Shown here: positions 1-12,419 of the stretch, in pieces
Position numbering within the stretch: position 1 is the first letter of the stretch
How the letters are laid out: every line of letters starts with the position of its first letter
Assembly (NCBI GenBank): GCA_965153285.1
Contig: OZ229111.1
Strand: one strand, 5' to 3'
From: Podarcis tiliguerta
Taxonomy: Eukaryota
DNA: 64,000 nt
Notes under the pieces: model-generated
The model's database searches: none
The model's input: only the letters and a program-made list of their open reading frames with translations
What the model was told of the DNA's origin: nothing
Position numbers and translations under genes: made by a program

Positions 1-327
1 TTCTGATGTCACATGTGAAATCACACACGTGACATTGGGGCCCTCATTCTCTCTCAAAGTTGGCACCTCTGATAGAGATACACTGCTCCCTCCTTTCCAT
101 ATGCAGAAGTTGACTGGACTGATAGTTGAATCTTACTTCAGTTTCAGGAAGAAGAGATCATCCTGCAACTTATGGGGGTGTAGGGCAGGCCACATAGAAT
201 ACACAGCTCTGCCTTCCAACTGAAGGGTGCAGCCAGAGGTTCAGGAGAAACAGCCAGGGGCCACCTGCCACTGAGCATCTGCTTGAGGTGACTGTCTCAC
301 TTGGCCTAATGGTAGGGCCAGCAGAGA

Positions 328-359
328 TAATAATTATTATTAATTATTATTGATTATTA

Positions 360-392
<33 letters not shown>

Positions 393-706
393 ACCCCGCC
401 CATCTGGCTGAGCTTCCCCAGCCACTCTGGACGGCTCCCAATCAAGTGTTGAAAACAGTACAGCATTAAACATTAAAAACTTCCCTAAACAGGGCTGCCT
501 TCAGATGTCTTTTAAAGATAGGATAGCTGCTTATTTCCTTCACATCTGAAGGGAGGGCGTTCCACAGGGTGGGCGCCACTACTGAGAAGGCTCTCTGTCT
601 GGTTCCCTGTAACCTCACTTCTCATAATGAGGGAACCACCAGAAGGCCCTCGGTGCTGGATCTCAGTGTCTGGGCTTAACGATGGGGGTGGAGATGCTCC
701 TTCAGA
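328..706 (-). mobile_element. L2-type LINE 3' end with (TTA)n-rich tail
   Basis: Reverse complement of the element at 1706-3018; ATT/TTA microsatellite tail at 328-392. Confidence 0.75.
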
Positions 707-871
707 TGGTTTTATGGTGGTGAGACAGGTGTCGTCTCACTGGGCCCTGGGCTGCAGGGGGTGCCACAACAATGCTGTGGTGTGAGTGGTGCCAAATATC
801 AGCATCACACAGTGCCCTGCTGAAATTTGAGAGCCCAGAGTCCTCCACTGAGACCAACCTTGGACAACATA

Positions 872-1104
872 CAGTAGTACCTCGGGTTACAGATGCTTCA
901 GGTTACGACGCTTCAGGTTACAGACTCCACTAACCCAGAAATAGTATCTCTGGTTAAGAACTTTGCTTCAGGATGAGAACAGAAATTGCGCGGTGGCGGC
1001 AGCGGGAGGCCACATTGGCTAAAGTGGTACCTCAGGTTAAGAACAGTTTCAGGTTAAGAATGGACCTCCAGAATGAATTAAGATCTTAACCTGAGGTACC
1101 ACTG
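872..1104. mobile_element. Tc1/mariner (pogo/Tigger-like) MITE, copy 1
   Basis: TIR CAGTAGTACCTCGGGTTA...TAACCTGAGGTACCACTG flanked by TA on both sides; 3 copies in the window. Confidence 0.85.
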
Positions 1105-1705
1105 TATACGAAGTCCATAGCAAGCAAGGAAACCATCCAAGTCACTTCCAGTACCACATAAGGGGAAGCAGCTATTAGGGATAGTTTTTACATGAAAGCA
1201 AGGCACCTGTAGTTCCTACTTCATTCTTCTCAGTCTTGCAGGAAAGGCTCTGGTTCGTCCCTTTAGGGAGACTGCAGTCTAAATAGCAGGTGCTCCAGTT
1301 ACTTTCATTTATTCAGTCTGAACCAGACACTATACTTTGGTCTTGGTCTTATCAGTAATAGTGGCCATCATAGGACAGGAGTTAATGGATTGGGAAGCAG
1401 TAAGTGGTCTTCTTTAAAGGTCTGTCCTGAGTCCAGTGCTGTTAAGCACTAGGCACAATGCAGCCTTATTTAGGCACTTATACAGTTCTGCCTCCTAGAA
1501 TATCTTCAAAAAGTATATCGCAGAGCTGGAAAGATTTCAGAGAAGAGCAACCAAAATGATCAAGAAGCTGAAGCAGCTCAGAGACGAAGGAAAAGTTACC
1601 ACATATTAGGCTTTTTATTTTAGAAAAATGGGAAGTGGGCATATGATATATATATTACACACACCACACCACAACACAACACACCACACCCTCTCTCCAT
1701 CACAA

Positions 1706-3018
1706 AGTTTCCGAGCACAATTCAAAGTGTTGGTGCTGACCTTTAAAGCCCTAAACGGCCTCAGTCCTGTATACCTGAAGGAGCGTCTCCACCCCCATCG
1801 TTCAGCCCGGACACTGAGATCCAGCGCCGAGGGCCTTATGGCGGTTCCCTCATTGCGAGAAGTGAGGTTACAGGGAATCAGACAGAGGGCCTTCTTGGTA
1901 GTGGCGCCTGCCCTGTGGAACGCCTTCCCTTCAGATGTGAAGGAAATAAGTACGACAAGGCTGTATTTTGTCTCCCTGCTTATTTAACTTATATGCAGAA
2001 TTCATCATGCGAAAGGCTGGGCTGGATGAATCCCTAGCCGGAATTAAGATTGCTGGAAGAAATATCAACAACCTCAGATATGCAGATGACACAACCTTGA
2101 TGGCAGAAAGTGAGGAGGAATTAAAAAACCTTTTATTGAGGGTGAAAGAGGAGAGCACAAAATATGGTCTGAAGCTCAACATCAAAAAAACGAAGATCAT
2201 GGCCACTGGTCCCATCACCTCCTGGCAAATAGAAGGGGAGGAAATGGAGGCAGTGAGAGATTTTACTTTCTTGGGCTCCATGATCACTGCAGATGGTGAC
2301 AGCAGCCACGAAATTAAGAGACGCCTGCTTCTTGGGAGGAAAGCAATGGCAAACCTAGATAGCATTTTAAAAAGTAGAGACATCACATTGCCAACAAAGG
2401 TCCGTATAGTAAAAGCTATGGTTTTCCCAGTAGTGATGTATGGAAGTGAGAGCTGGACCATAAAGAAGGCTGATCGCCGAAGAATTGACGCTTTTGAATT
2501 ATGGTGCTGGAGGAGACTCTTGAGAGTCCCATGGACTGCAAGAAGATCAAACGCATCCATTCTTAAGGAAATCAGCCCTGAGTGCTCACTGGAAGGACAG
2601 ATCGTGAAGCTGAGGCTCCAATACTTTGGCCACCTCATGAGAAGAGAAGACTCACTGGAAAAGACCCTGATGTTGGGAAAGATGGAGGGCACAAGGAGAA
2701 GAGGACGACAGAGGACGAGATGGTTAGACAGTGTTCTCGAAGCTGCAAACATGAATCTGACCAAACTGCGGGTGGCAGTGGAAGACAGAAGTGCCTGGCG
2801 TGCTCTGGTCCATGGGGTCACGAAGAGTCGGACACGACTGAACGACTAAACAACAACAACTTATCTTTAAAAGACATCTGAAGGCAGCCCTATTCAGGGA
2901 AGTTTTTAATATTTAATGCTGCATTGTTTGTAACACTCGACTGGAAGCCGCCCAGAGTGGCTGGGGAAACTCAGCCAGATGGGCGGGGTACAAAAAATTA
3001 TTATTATTATTATTATTA
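1706..3018 (+). mobile_element. L2-type LINE 3' portion (1706-1950 and 2861-3018) split by BovB
   Basis: C-terminal L2 ORF2 peptide FRAQFKVLVLTFKALNGLSPVYLKERL...RAFLVVAPALWNAFP; resumes after BovB and ends in (TTA)n. Confidence 0.8.
1950..2860 (+). mobile_element. BovB (RTE clade) LINE, 5'-truncated, RT C-terminal ORF still open (1950-2849)
   Basis: VRQGCILSPCLFNLYAE...NNLRYADDTTLMAESEEELK...HEIKRRLLLGRK...FELWCWRRLLRVPWTARRSN...KSRTRLND*, followed by a (CAA)n tail. Confidence 0.95.
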
Positions 3019-4160
3019 AATGGGGATTAGATAAATTAATGGGAGGACAAGGCTATCAACAGCTACTAGTGATGACGGCTACGTACCACCTCCAGCACTA
3101 GAGGCAGCATTCCTCTGAATACCAGTTGCTTGGGGTCATGAGAGGGCGAGGGCTGTTGCACTCTGGGTCTGCGTACAGGCTTCCCAAAGGCACTTTGTTG
3201 GCCACTGTGAGAATAGATTTCTGGACTAGATGGGTCCTTGATCAGATCCAGAAGGGCTCTTCTTATGTTCCTTCCATCATATAATGCTACTTCAAATCAT
3301 CAGAAATTAACAGGCACTAAAGCAGCATTTGCCTGTCTGGTGTTTTAGACATATTGGTGCGCTGGGAGTAAGTTAGGTAAGGATGTCTGCTGAATGCATT
3401 AGCTAAGAACAATGGAGAGCCATAGCAGTAGAGTTTTGAGCAGGGGGCAGGATCAAGATCCAATACAGGAAAGCCAAAGAGGAAAAATTTGGAATAGTCA
3501 AACACGTACAGGATCAATTTGGGTAATAAAAAAATGGATTTTGAGCAAAAGATGGATCCTGTCAATGCAATGCTGGGAACGATGTTCAAATTAGGGGAGA
3601 AGGGTGTTCAGGGACCCTCAATGAAATCCACAAGCAAGCCATTGAGCTTCCACACCTAATTCAATCAAATCAGGATTTTAAATACAGGACTCAAGGGGAT
3701 CAGTAAAAAATTAAGGGAGTTTTGCTCCCTCTGGCCTTTCTATAATTCAAGCAGTGGCTGAGAATACTGAGAAAAACAAGAGGTGGTGGACATCTCAGAA
3801 CAAAGTTAAGGAAACGAAGAAAGAAAATTAAAAACACTAGCGATCTATCTGGCCACTTTCTGCCAGTCTCTTCTTCAAATTTAGCACACAATGTTTGCTA
3901 TTTCTGTTTCTGAAACTATCTCAGGAAGATCTCAATACTGGCTTGCATATCTAGGAAGCAGATCTCAGCTAAGTCTCCTTCCTGTCCTCCTTCCTGTTTT
4001 AACTTCCTGTGAACAAGATAGAATGTCTCACACAACTTAGCATGAACTACTACATCATCTTCCTGAAACACTAAAGCTGTTCTGTTCAGAAAATACCTCT
4101 TTTGTGTAGAAAGGGACACTGGTAGAAGGGCTTCATCTTTAAGAAACCAGTTTCTTCATC

Positions 4161-4216
4161 AAGAAGTAGGAAGTCTCAGGCTCTTCAGTAGAAGAAGTAG
4201 GAAGTCTCAGGCTCTT
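4161..4216. repeat. 25-bp direct repeat (period 31)
   Basis: AAGAAGTAGGAAGTCTCAGGCTCTT at 4161-4185 and 4192-4216. Confidence 0.9.
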
Positions 4217-4949
4217 TAACATACATTATACATCTTTAGTAACATACATGTTCTCTAATAAAATATGTCCCACTGTGTTTTTCCCATGTAAATGTATATA
4301 ATATTGCAGTTTATAGGTGGGATTCAACTAACCTTTCCCCTCAGAACACACCTACTGAAACCAGTGGTCTAATCTTAGTCATGTTCATTAATTTCAATGG
4401 GCCTACTCTAAGTAAAGCTTAGTTAGATACCACCCTAAGGCTTTAAGTCAGAATCACACTTTGCATCACACCTGGAATCAAACAGGCAACCCGTGTAGAT
4501 CTTCTAAGTACTGTACTAGTGATAGGTATTATTTCTTGGGTCCTGCTATATGCATCCTATCCACCAGTGAAAGAAGCTAAGCATCACTTGTGCAAAAAAA
4601 AAAGGAAGGGGGGGAAAACACACACCCAACAACCCACTATTTATTATACAGTATTAACAATGTAAGACTTGACTTTTCTTTTCTTTTTACATTGCTGGAT
4701 AGGGTTAGGTATAGGGAAGAAATGGAACAAAATCCGTTCTGATTGGTCTTGGAAACCATGCGGGTAGGAAGAGATTGACCACACTGAATATTTGGAACAC
4801 ACAACTAGGTTGCAATCCTGCACACACTTACCTGGGTGGTAAGTATCATTGGCATGTACGTATTTGGATTGCGCTACATGTGTGATCGCCAGTGGGTTGG
4901 TTTGTCGCAACAAAAACAGCAAAACCACTACAGAAACATTAAAGTTTTA

Positions 4950-6250
4950 ATTTTGCTTTTAGTATCACGCGCGAGTCTCAGAATAGGCACGGCGCGCGCT
5001 CGAGAAGGGCGTGGCCATATCTACACGGCCCCGCCCCCTCTCCCGCGGCCTGCCGTTCAAGCTGGCTGGCTCCGCCCCCGAGCGGGGTTGTGCTTGTCTC
5101 GTGGCGGACCTCGCCTTCTGCTGTGACGTAGCCAAGGCGGTGGGTTGCCCGGATGAGGCAGGGTTCGGAGCTGTGTCAGCGACTGAGGCGATGCGGTGGC
5201 AGCAGCAGCGTCGGCCGTGGTAGGAGGAGAGCGCCGCTGGACGGTTGAGGAGCGCGAGGAGGAACAAGGGTGGGTCTAGAGGAGCAAGTGTGTGTGAGAA
5301 AGAGCGTGTGTTGTGTGCGAGGGTGGGTGGACTTTTTGAAGTGCGCGAGCGGGGCTGAGGTACCGCCGAAGCCGGGTGAGCCCCCCCCCCGTCCTCTCTC
5401 TCTCCCCCCCCCCCGAACTGCTTCACTCCTTCGTCGCGAGCTCGTGCCGGATTGGTTGCGAAGCGACAACGGGGCAGATTCCGCCCCTGCCGGCCTTCTA
5501 TTAGTCGGAAGGGGAGCCACGGCCGACTGTCACTGGCTTGAAGCCGTGTCATTCATCCATCAGGGAGCGGCGGGCGGACGGGCAGGCGGCCTCCCTCCTC
5601 ACCCCCCCCCCCGAGGACTCGCTGCCCTCCTTTCCCTGCCACCGCTCAGGCAGGGGAGGAGGCGGCCGTTTGTCGCTCCTCTGTTGGTGGCGCCACCGCC
5701 GCCCGCCACGCTGTCGGCCAGCGCCGCCCTGTGACGCCTCGGCGCCCCGCCCGGAACCTGCCCTCCCTTGCCCTGGACCGTTAATGCCGAAGGGTTCCGG
5801 CTGCTGCTGCTGGCCTCGTGACTCACCTCACGGCCCGCCGCTGCCGCCGCCCGGTAGGCCCCGGCCTCAGATGAAGGCCTGCCTCCGGTTCTGCACCGCC
5901 GGCACCAACCCCCTTTCGTGCCAGCCCAGCGCTTCGTAAGAAGCGGGCATCCTGTTGCCGCTTCTCAGGCCTCCATTTAAGTGCTCCAGGCTCCAGTCGG
6001 TTGAGCTTCGGCGTTTGGCCTGTGAGACTTCCAGCTCTTGGCCAACCCTGTGGCCGCCCTGACTTTTCCTTTCTCTTCCTGCCTCTGGCAATCTTCGCCA
6101 GGTACCTCCCGCAGCTTTTGTTCCAGCTGATAAGGCTCTACGACAAGCGAGGCCCAAATCCCCGTGTGTGTAAAATCTTGGGCGGCTTGGATTCCTTCCA
6201 GTATTGAAGTCTGTTCCCAGGAGTGACTCAGGGCCGTCTCTTGCAAGGTC
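4950..6250 (+). promoter_or_regulatory. NDEL1: CpG island / NDEL1 promoter
   Basis: Sharp rise in GC and CpG density. GC box GGCCCCGCCCC 5027-5037, CRE-like TGACGTA 5124-5130, reverse CCAAT (ATTGG) 5451-5455. It is the only promoter-like island upstream of the first coding exon. Confidence 0.88.
5130..5375 (+). other. NDEL1: Probable non-coding exon 1 of NDEL1 (start approximate)
   Basis: Strong donor CGG|GTGAGC at 5376 inside the CpG island, weaker alternative GAG|GTACCG at 5360. The TSS cannot be fixed from sequence. Confidence 0.6.
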
Positions 6251-6700
6251 TTTTTTTGGGATGTTTGTGAATTTCCCAAGCGAGTAAACCCTGCTTTTAA
6301 ATTAGGAGGAGGTGTCAAAGAGTATATGACCTTCCTTCTGAGTCTTTGTGTGTTGTGATAGGAAAAAGATGACTGCCCCCTTTAAGGATTTGGCTTAACC
6401 CTTTAAGGTTAAGCTGGACATGCTGAGACACTTACTTGGTCACATGTCACACTGTATATATTAAATGCGTATTTTTTTAATGTTTACATCCGAAGGCTGC
6501 CTAGGTGAGGTGAATAATGTCTTCCTCTGTTAGTTACCATTGGGCTCACTTCTTGTGTTGCACCTCATCCAGGGGAGAAAGCCTGCAGTAATTGGAAATG
6601 GACAGATAAGGCGAGGAAGGGTCAGGATTCAACTCCACTGCTTTGGGTCTCCTTTTACTCTGAAAATGAGATTATTATTATTTATGAAATTTTATACCAT

Positions 6701-6838
6701 CCCTCACCTGTAGATTTCAGGGCAGTGCACATCATAAAAATACAAGACAAAGAACAAAAACAATATAAACCCTCACCTGTAGATTTCAGGGCAGTGCACA
6801 TCATAAAAATACAAGACAAAGAACAAAAACAATATAAA
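6701..6838. repeat. Perfect 69-bp tandem duplication
   Basis: CCCTCACCTGTAGATTTCAGGG...CAATATAAA at 6701-6769 and 6770-6838. Confidence 0.95.
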
Positions 6839-9800
6839 CCAGTAACCTCCCCACCCCCATCCTCTTCTTACATGTGAATAGGGATGAGAACAAAAAATGA
6901 GGTTGCTTCCATTATATGCAACTGAAGTGAACTGAAAGCATATCTCCCCCTACTCCCCTTATTACTCTTGCCTCCATTTCCCTCCACTCCCTCTGCACCC
7001 TTCTCCTGTGTCAAATAGTTGATCACACTGGATATAGTCTGTCTTCTACATGTACACCAGTACTGTAATAATGATAATAGCAGATGTTTTATACAAACAA
7101 CTCCTCCTTTGTTAATGTTGATTTTCACTGTAGAATCTATAACTACTAGCCTGCCAAATTGGGGAAAGGGAAAAGCTTAGGTGTTTTGCTGTCAGATGGT
7201 TGCTAGGATACACAAATATACTGATGATGTCAGAGCACTAAGTTCCCATGAGTCACTGAAAATATTTTTCTTTTGCTTAGTGGAGGGAAGAGGCAGGTAT
7301 GCTGCATTTTATTTTGGAGATACGGTAATCAAGTTGTTGGAAGGTGGCTATTCTAGATCAAAAGTAAACAACAACAACAAAAAACACCTACCCACCAAAT
7401 CAAGCAAAGCAAATCCTAATTATGGTTTTCTGCCCCAAAGAGCTGAAGGCTTTTTGTTTGAGACAGCTGCAGAGTAAAATCTTAGTTGCTGCTGTTCTCG
7501 TTGCTCCCTGACCAATCCGGTTTTTTTGCCCTATGTCTTAAACCATGTTCTGCAATCACAGAGGCAATTTTTGCATTGTTGGTATTAGACATATCTTACA
7601 CTCAAATTTATGGTGATACAACTGCTTTCATGGTATTGGCCCTTGCTGATTCATATGAGATGGGGTTCAGACTCTGGAAAGTAAAGCCTTCATTGAGAGT
7701 TCAGCTACTTCAGATAGGATAGGAGGTGAAAGCCTTTAGTTTATCTTTCACAATGTAGATAGATTTGATGTCAGAGTCTTGGCATGATGTCCCCAAAGAG
7801 GCTTTCCTGGCAACCACATTAACATCTTTTCGGCACCAGGCAAAGACCAAACTTTTCCTGCTTTTGAGGGTATATTTTAACTTGTTATTTCATTGGTCAC
7901 TTTTTCTGGGGAACATACTGGTGACAAGACATACTGATGTTTCTGAATTGTGCTGTAATATACTTAATGATTGCTTGTGTTACATATTTTAGAATGTGTA
8001 ACTTTGATGTTTTTATTTTGTCTTTTCATGGTTAGTCTACTTGACATTCTTCTGTAGGTGATGAATAAATGTTAATAATAAGTATGATTATTATAACTAT
8101 TGGTGTAGATTTCTCAAATGCCTGGTGACCTCTTTGCCTAATGGTTCGTACCGTATGCTGAAAACATAACCCTTGATTTTTCTGGTTCCACCCAAACCTT
8201 AAAAGCCAGAGATTACATGGAACTCCAGTATAGCTTCAGTTAAAAGCCTTGTGTAGTTACAGTATAGTTCAGTCCTAGGGCCCCATGAAGAAAGTGGACA
8301 CATCCTGCAGGTTTTATCGGTAGGGAAATAGCCGGGCACCAGTAGGTTATGTTCTTTTGTGGGTTTATTGAGAGCTTGGAGGTTGAAAATGAATGTGGAG
8401 CAGTAGTGGATCATTGTTGCTTGGTCTTCTGTCAAGATGAAACATCATAATATAACATGGGCAAATATTCTATTGTGGAGGGTTCTTGTCAGTTTGTCTT
8501 TATGATACATTATCTGCAACAATATATATTAGACTGAAATGTAGATATATGTCTTCAGCATTGCTTTTTGCAATGGACTTGCAGGTATCAAACTGCTGCT
8601 GTTTAGGTGCCTGTAGGTGAAATTCCAAAATTCTTTCACCTCAAGCTTTCCTTTCTCACCTCAGGTGAAAATATGTGAACATGTATCTCTTATGTTGCAG
8701 GGGTGGGGTGCAGTCTTGCATGGGTGACATTGGAAGGAGAATGGTTAGCAGGGAAAGTGGTAAGAGCCCTCTCCTGCCTTTATTTATTATTGCTGCCTCC
8801 AGTTGCTACTTTTCGTTTTTTTAAAAAAAAGTCAGGGGAAGTATACATTGAACTATGTGTATGCAGTGTGGCTTCTGGCCACAGTGTGCAGTTAGGGCCT
8901 GATTTAGGATGACTTCTCTTTAAAAGTGTAGAGCTTTGTAATAAGTACTTGAGAGCGTCAGAGCTGCGCCCAGGAGGCTTGCTGCTTGGCAATAATAAGA
9001 GCAAAGGGGAGGGAGTGGCTGATTCACAACTGAGTTTAGAGAGAGTGAGACTCTGCAGCTCTGAGGACATGTGAACTCTGATTGCCTAAAATTGCATCAT
9101 TTACAAAGTGCATGCTTTTCAAGTTAATTCTGGGACCAATACAAACTTTGATATGTGGCAACAGCAAACAAGCTTTTAAGGGAGAAATAAGTTGATGAAA
9201 GTGTCACTAGATTTAGATGTATCACGATCAGTTACTATTCCAAGGAAGGGAAAGGAGACCATGCAACTCAGCTATTGGTGTGGTGTATATAAAACTTGTA
9301 TGTGCATCATTCTTTCATATTTGGGGCTTAGAAAGGTTAATAAGGTGTTATGAAAAAGAAAGTAAAACACAGCACAGTGCTCACGAACTAATCTGTGTTA
9401 AAGTACTATATTTGTGTATGCAGTATTGAGGTATTTCAGACTTTAGAATCAGTTTCTAGAGCTGATTCCAAATTAAAGTGCATTCTGTTTTCATTTCCTG
9501 CAAGGAAGTTGTTTGTGTGCTGTCTGTGACAAATATTGAGTTTATTTTGTTAATGCCATTTTAAGGATATATGCATTTTAGTAAACCAGTTCAGTGAGAA
9601 CATTTAACTGGTCTCAAAAACTGAAGTCTGGCACCATAATGCTGTGCTTCTAAATGTAGACTAATGACTATAGATTGATAGCCTCCCCCCCCCCCCTCAG
9701 TGGTTCTCTGACGTTCTTGTATCTAAGTTTAGGAACTGGAAATAAATGTGCATTTGAGGCTATTGCAATTGAGGTAGTTTTTGTCTGAGTAATGTACCTG

Positions 9801-9875
9801 CCAGAAGAACACTAAATAAGCCTCTCCCCCCCCCCCCATAAAATGGCAGGGAAAGATTGAATGAATGTTATCCTT

Positions 9876-9996
9876 TTTTTTTTAATAATTTTAATTTGAT
9901 TTTACAAATGTAGAGTTATACCAATACAAATTACATATCCATATTTAGATATTTCCCTGAATCTCTGGACTTCCCACCTTCCCCTCCATGGGTCCT
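9876..9996 (-). mobile_element. Short poly(A)-tailed retroposon 3' end (L1-like) with 20-bp TSD
   Basis: ATTGAATGAATG(T/C)TATCCTT at 9856-9875 and 9997-10016 flanks an insert that begins with a T-run. Confidence 0.75.
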
Positions 9997-12193
9997 ATTG
10001 AATGAATGCTATCCTTAATTTTGATAAACCTTCTCAGAAGAACTTAGGTCATCGTATGAAGAATCATGTTAAGTTTCCCCTATCACACCACACATTTGCT
10101 TTCCTTGTTCTTACAGATGGCTTTTAAAAAATTATAAATGCAGAACTCTCTTTGGGTAATTCACAGTAAGCCATGGTTACTAGTTCACATTGAATGCAGA
10201 AATTGCTTTTGATTCCAAGTAGAAGTACAAACCATCACCTTTGGCTAAGTGTTATGGTTCATACTCACTTGTAGCAACCACTCATCCAATGGCTGTCCTG
10301 ATAGCAGAATCTTGTTCAGAGCAACAGCCAAATCCATTGAGTGACTTGCACATTCAAAATATATTGCTTATTTGCTACCTTTATTGTACTTTGTGGCAGT
10401 TAAGCTATGCCACATTACCACTTCCACAACTAACATGTTGGCTCTCACCCAATGTCCAAACCGAGCATCAAGTTTTGCTTTGCTCCAAACAGCAGCTTCT
10501 TTGGAGAAAAATACATCTCAGTCTCCTGTTCTGTGGAGCCAAGGATTATAGCTTGTTGCTGCTGCTCATTAGTAGGGAGAAGTAAAGTGAGAATGACCTT
10601 TGCATCCATGGTAGGCCATAACCATATCTTACCATGTACATCTAAATGCAACTGCAGTGTAGATTCTCTTTACAGTTCTTATTTGCCACCATATAGTCTT
10701 GAGAGGTGTTGCTTTTATTTGAACAGGTACAAAAAGGAAATGAACAGGCGACCTGTTCTGAACCCTGATTTGCCCTGGTTCTCTACACGTGCCACACACT
10801 TTATTCTGCTGCTCTGCCCCCATGGGTGGATATAGTTTTGTTCTCTTCTTTTGGTACTCTACAACTTCATTCATCATTTTTTTGTAAGCTTACTGGGCAG
10901 CTGGTATCAGTGAAGAGGTGATCAGAGGCGGCAGTTTGTAAATTCTTCCTTTTCTTGATGAAACTGGTTGTTTTTAGTAGTACTGAGACCTTTCATTGAG
11001 TAATCATCATGTGACCTTACTAGTCTCTGTAGATTCCAGAGCAGCATCTGATAAACACAGGTTTCAGGAAATGCTGGCATCCTCTCCCAGCCAGTTGCCA
11101 GAAGATTCAGTGTTCTGAAGTGAGTTAGATCTTATGATAATGCTAAAACACACTTCTGAGGAAGATAAATAATTGTTTGCTTGAGTAATCACCACTTAAA
11201 ATGTGAATTTGGTATTTGTCCCCCCTCATAAATTTATGACCGCTTCCTACATGCATTTTAAAATGTGCAGTGAAGTGAACATGAAGTGACCTCAAAACAT
11301 GTGTCAGAGATGTATCTGGCAGAACTCAAGCTTGTCTGCTGTCCATTTGTCTCATACTTGTGCTCTAATCTTACACATCACAAAGATGTGTGTCTGTGCC
11401 ATTTTCTAGTTGCTTTCCTACATAGATTGTAAGAATGCAATTAAGGAATAATACTGTGGATAACATTTTTTAGAAGATTGTACTTAGTGGTACATATGCA
11501 CACAAGCTTATTTTTCAGTTTGAACCTCTGCTTTGCAAATCCTTTTTCTTTTTTGAAGGCAACACAGAAGCTGTGGCAGTGCCTCTGGAAGATGGGCTTT
11601 ATTCCTAATTCTGTTCAGACGCTATGCTGGGCCAACTGGCAATCCCCCCTCCAACTGCTCCCCACACTTTCCCCAGATTAGTGTTAAGTATAATTAAGCA
11701 TTTCCAGTGTAACCATAGTTACCACTAGGCATACGTTGCCTTTAATTTGGAAATTGAAACCACGATTAGCCCTTAAACCAGAGATTGAAATTAGCTAGCC
11801 ATAGTTAGCAGTTACAGTAGGCTCACATATTGTGTGGGGGTTATGTTCCGGGGCTGCATGTAAAGCTGTAGAAAAGTTCTTTTGGGATGCTCTCAAGCTG
11901 CTAATGACTTGACTGGAGTGCAGTAGAGACTTTCTTTAATATTAGGTGTATGGCTCACATTCAGTGTTCGAAACTGCTATTGTTCTAGGTGCATTTTGCG
12001 ACAGGGAATTTCATTAGTGCGAGCAGTTTCTGAAGATTTCAGATTAGAGCTGCAGAGTGGAGGGGGAGAAGAGAGTTATCTGTTGAGGACTCCCCATTCT
12101 TGAAGACTATTTTGCATTCTTAGTGCACATTTAGATTTTATTTCTTTCCTTTCCATTAATTGGCCAAACACAGTTTACAAGTCACTAGTTATA

Positions 12194-12419
12194 CAGTGGT
12201 ACCTCAGGTTACATACGCTTCAGGTTACAGACTCCACTAACCTAGAACTAGTACCTCGGGTTAAGAACTTTGTTTCAGGATGAGAACAGAAATCGTGCTC
12301 CAGCGGTGTGGCAGCAGCAGCAGGAGGGTTTAGCTAAAGTGGTGCTTCAGGTTAAGAACAGTTTCAGGTTAAGAACGGACCTCCAGAACAAATTAAGTAC
12401 GTAACCAGAGGTACCACTG
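12194..12419. mobile_element. Tc1/mariner MITE, copy 2
   Basis: TA|CAGTGGTACCTC...GAGGTACCACTG|TA. Confidence 0.87.

Larger units (their letters stand above)
1395..3272 (+). mobile_element. Old CR1 LINE remnant (pieces ~1395-1650 and ~3019-3272) hosting nested insertions
   Basis: Degenerate CR1 ORF2 motif (GAGCTGGAAAGATTTCAGAGAAGAGCAACCAAAATGATCAAG, ELERFQRRATKMIK) and a CR1-like 3' end ...GGGCTCTTCTTATGTTC. Confidence 0.65.

Noticed and set aside
872-1104. Repeated GCTTCAGGTTA units resembling a short spaced array
   Set aside because: Internal subrepeats of a TA-flanked MITE, not CRISPR; eukaryotic context and no cas genes.
1931-2821. 296-aa minus-strand ORF
   Set aside because: Antisense shadow of the BovB RT ORF, with no independent gene signals.
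3320-4130. Short ORFs upstream of the NDEL1 promoter
   Set aside because: No recognisable product or exon chain; probably decayed repeat or neutral sequence.
4965-6318. Several 100-195 aa ORFs on both strands
   Set aside because: Stop-poor GC-rich CpG island; low-complexity Pro/Arg/Gly products with no recognisable domain.
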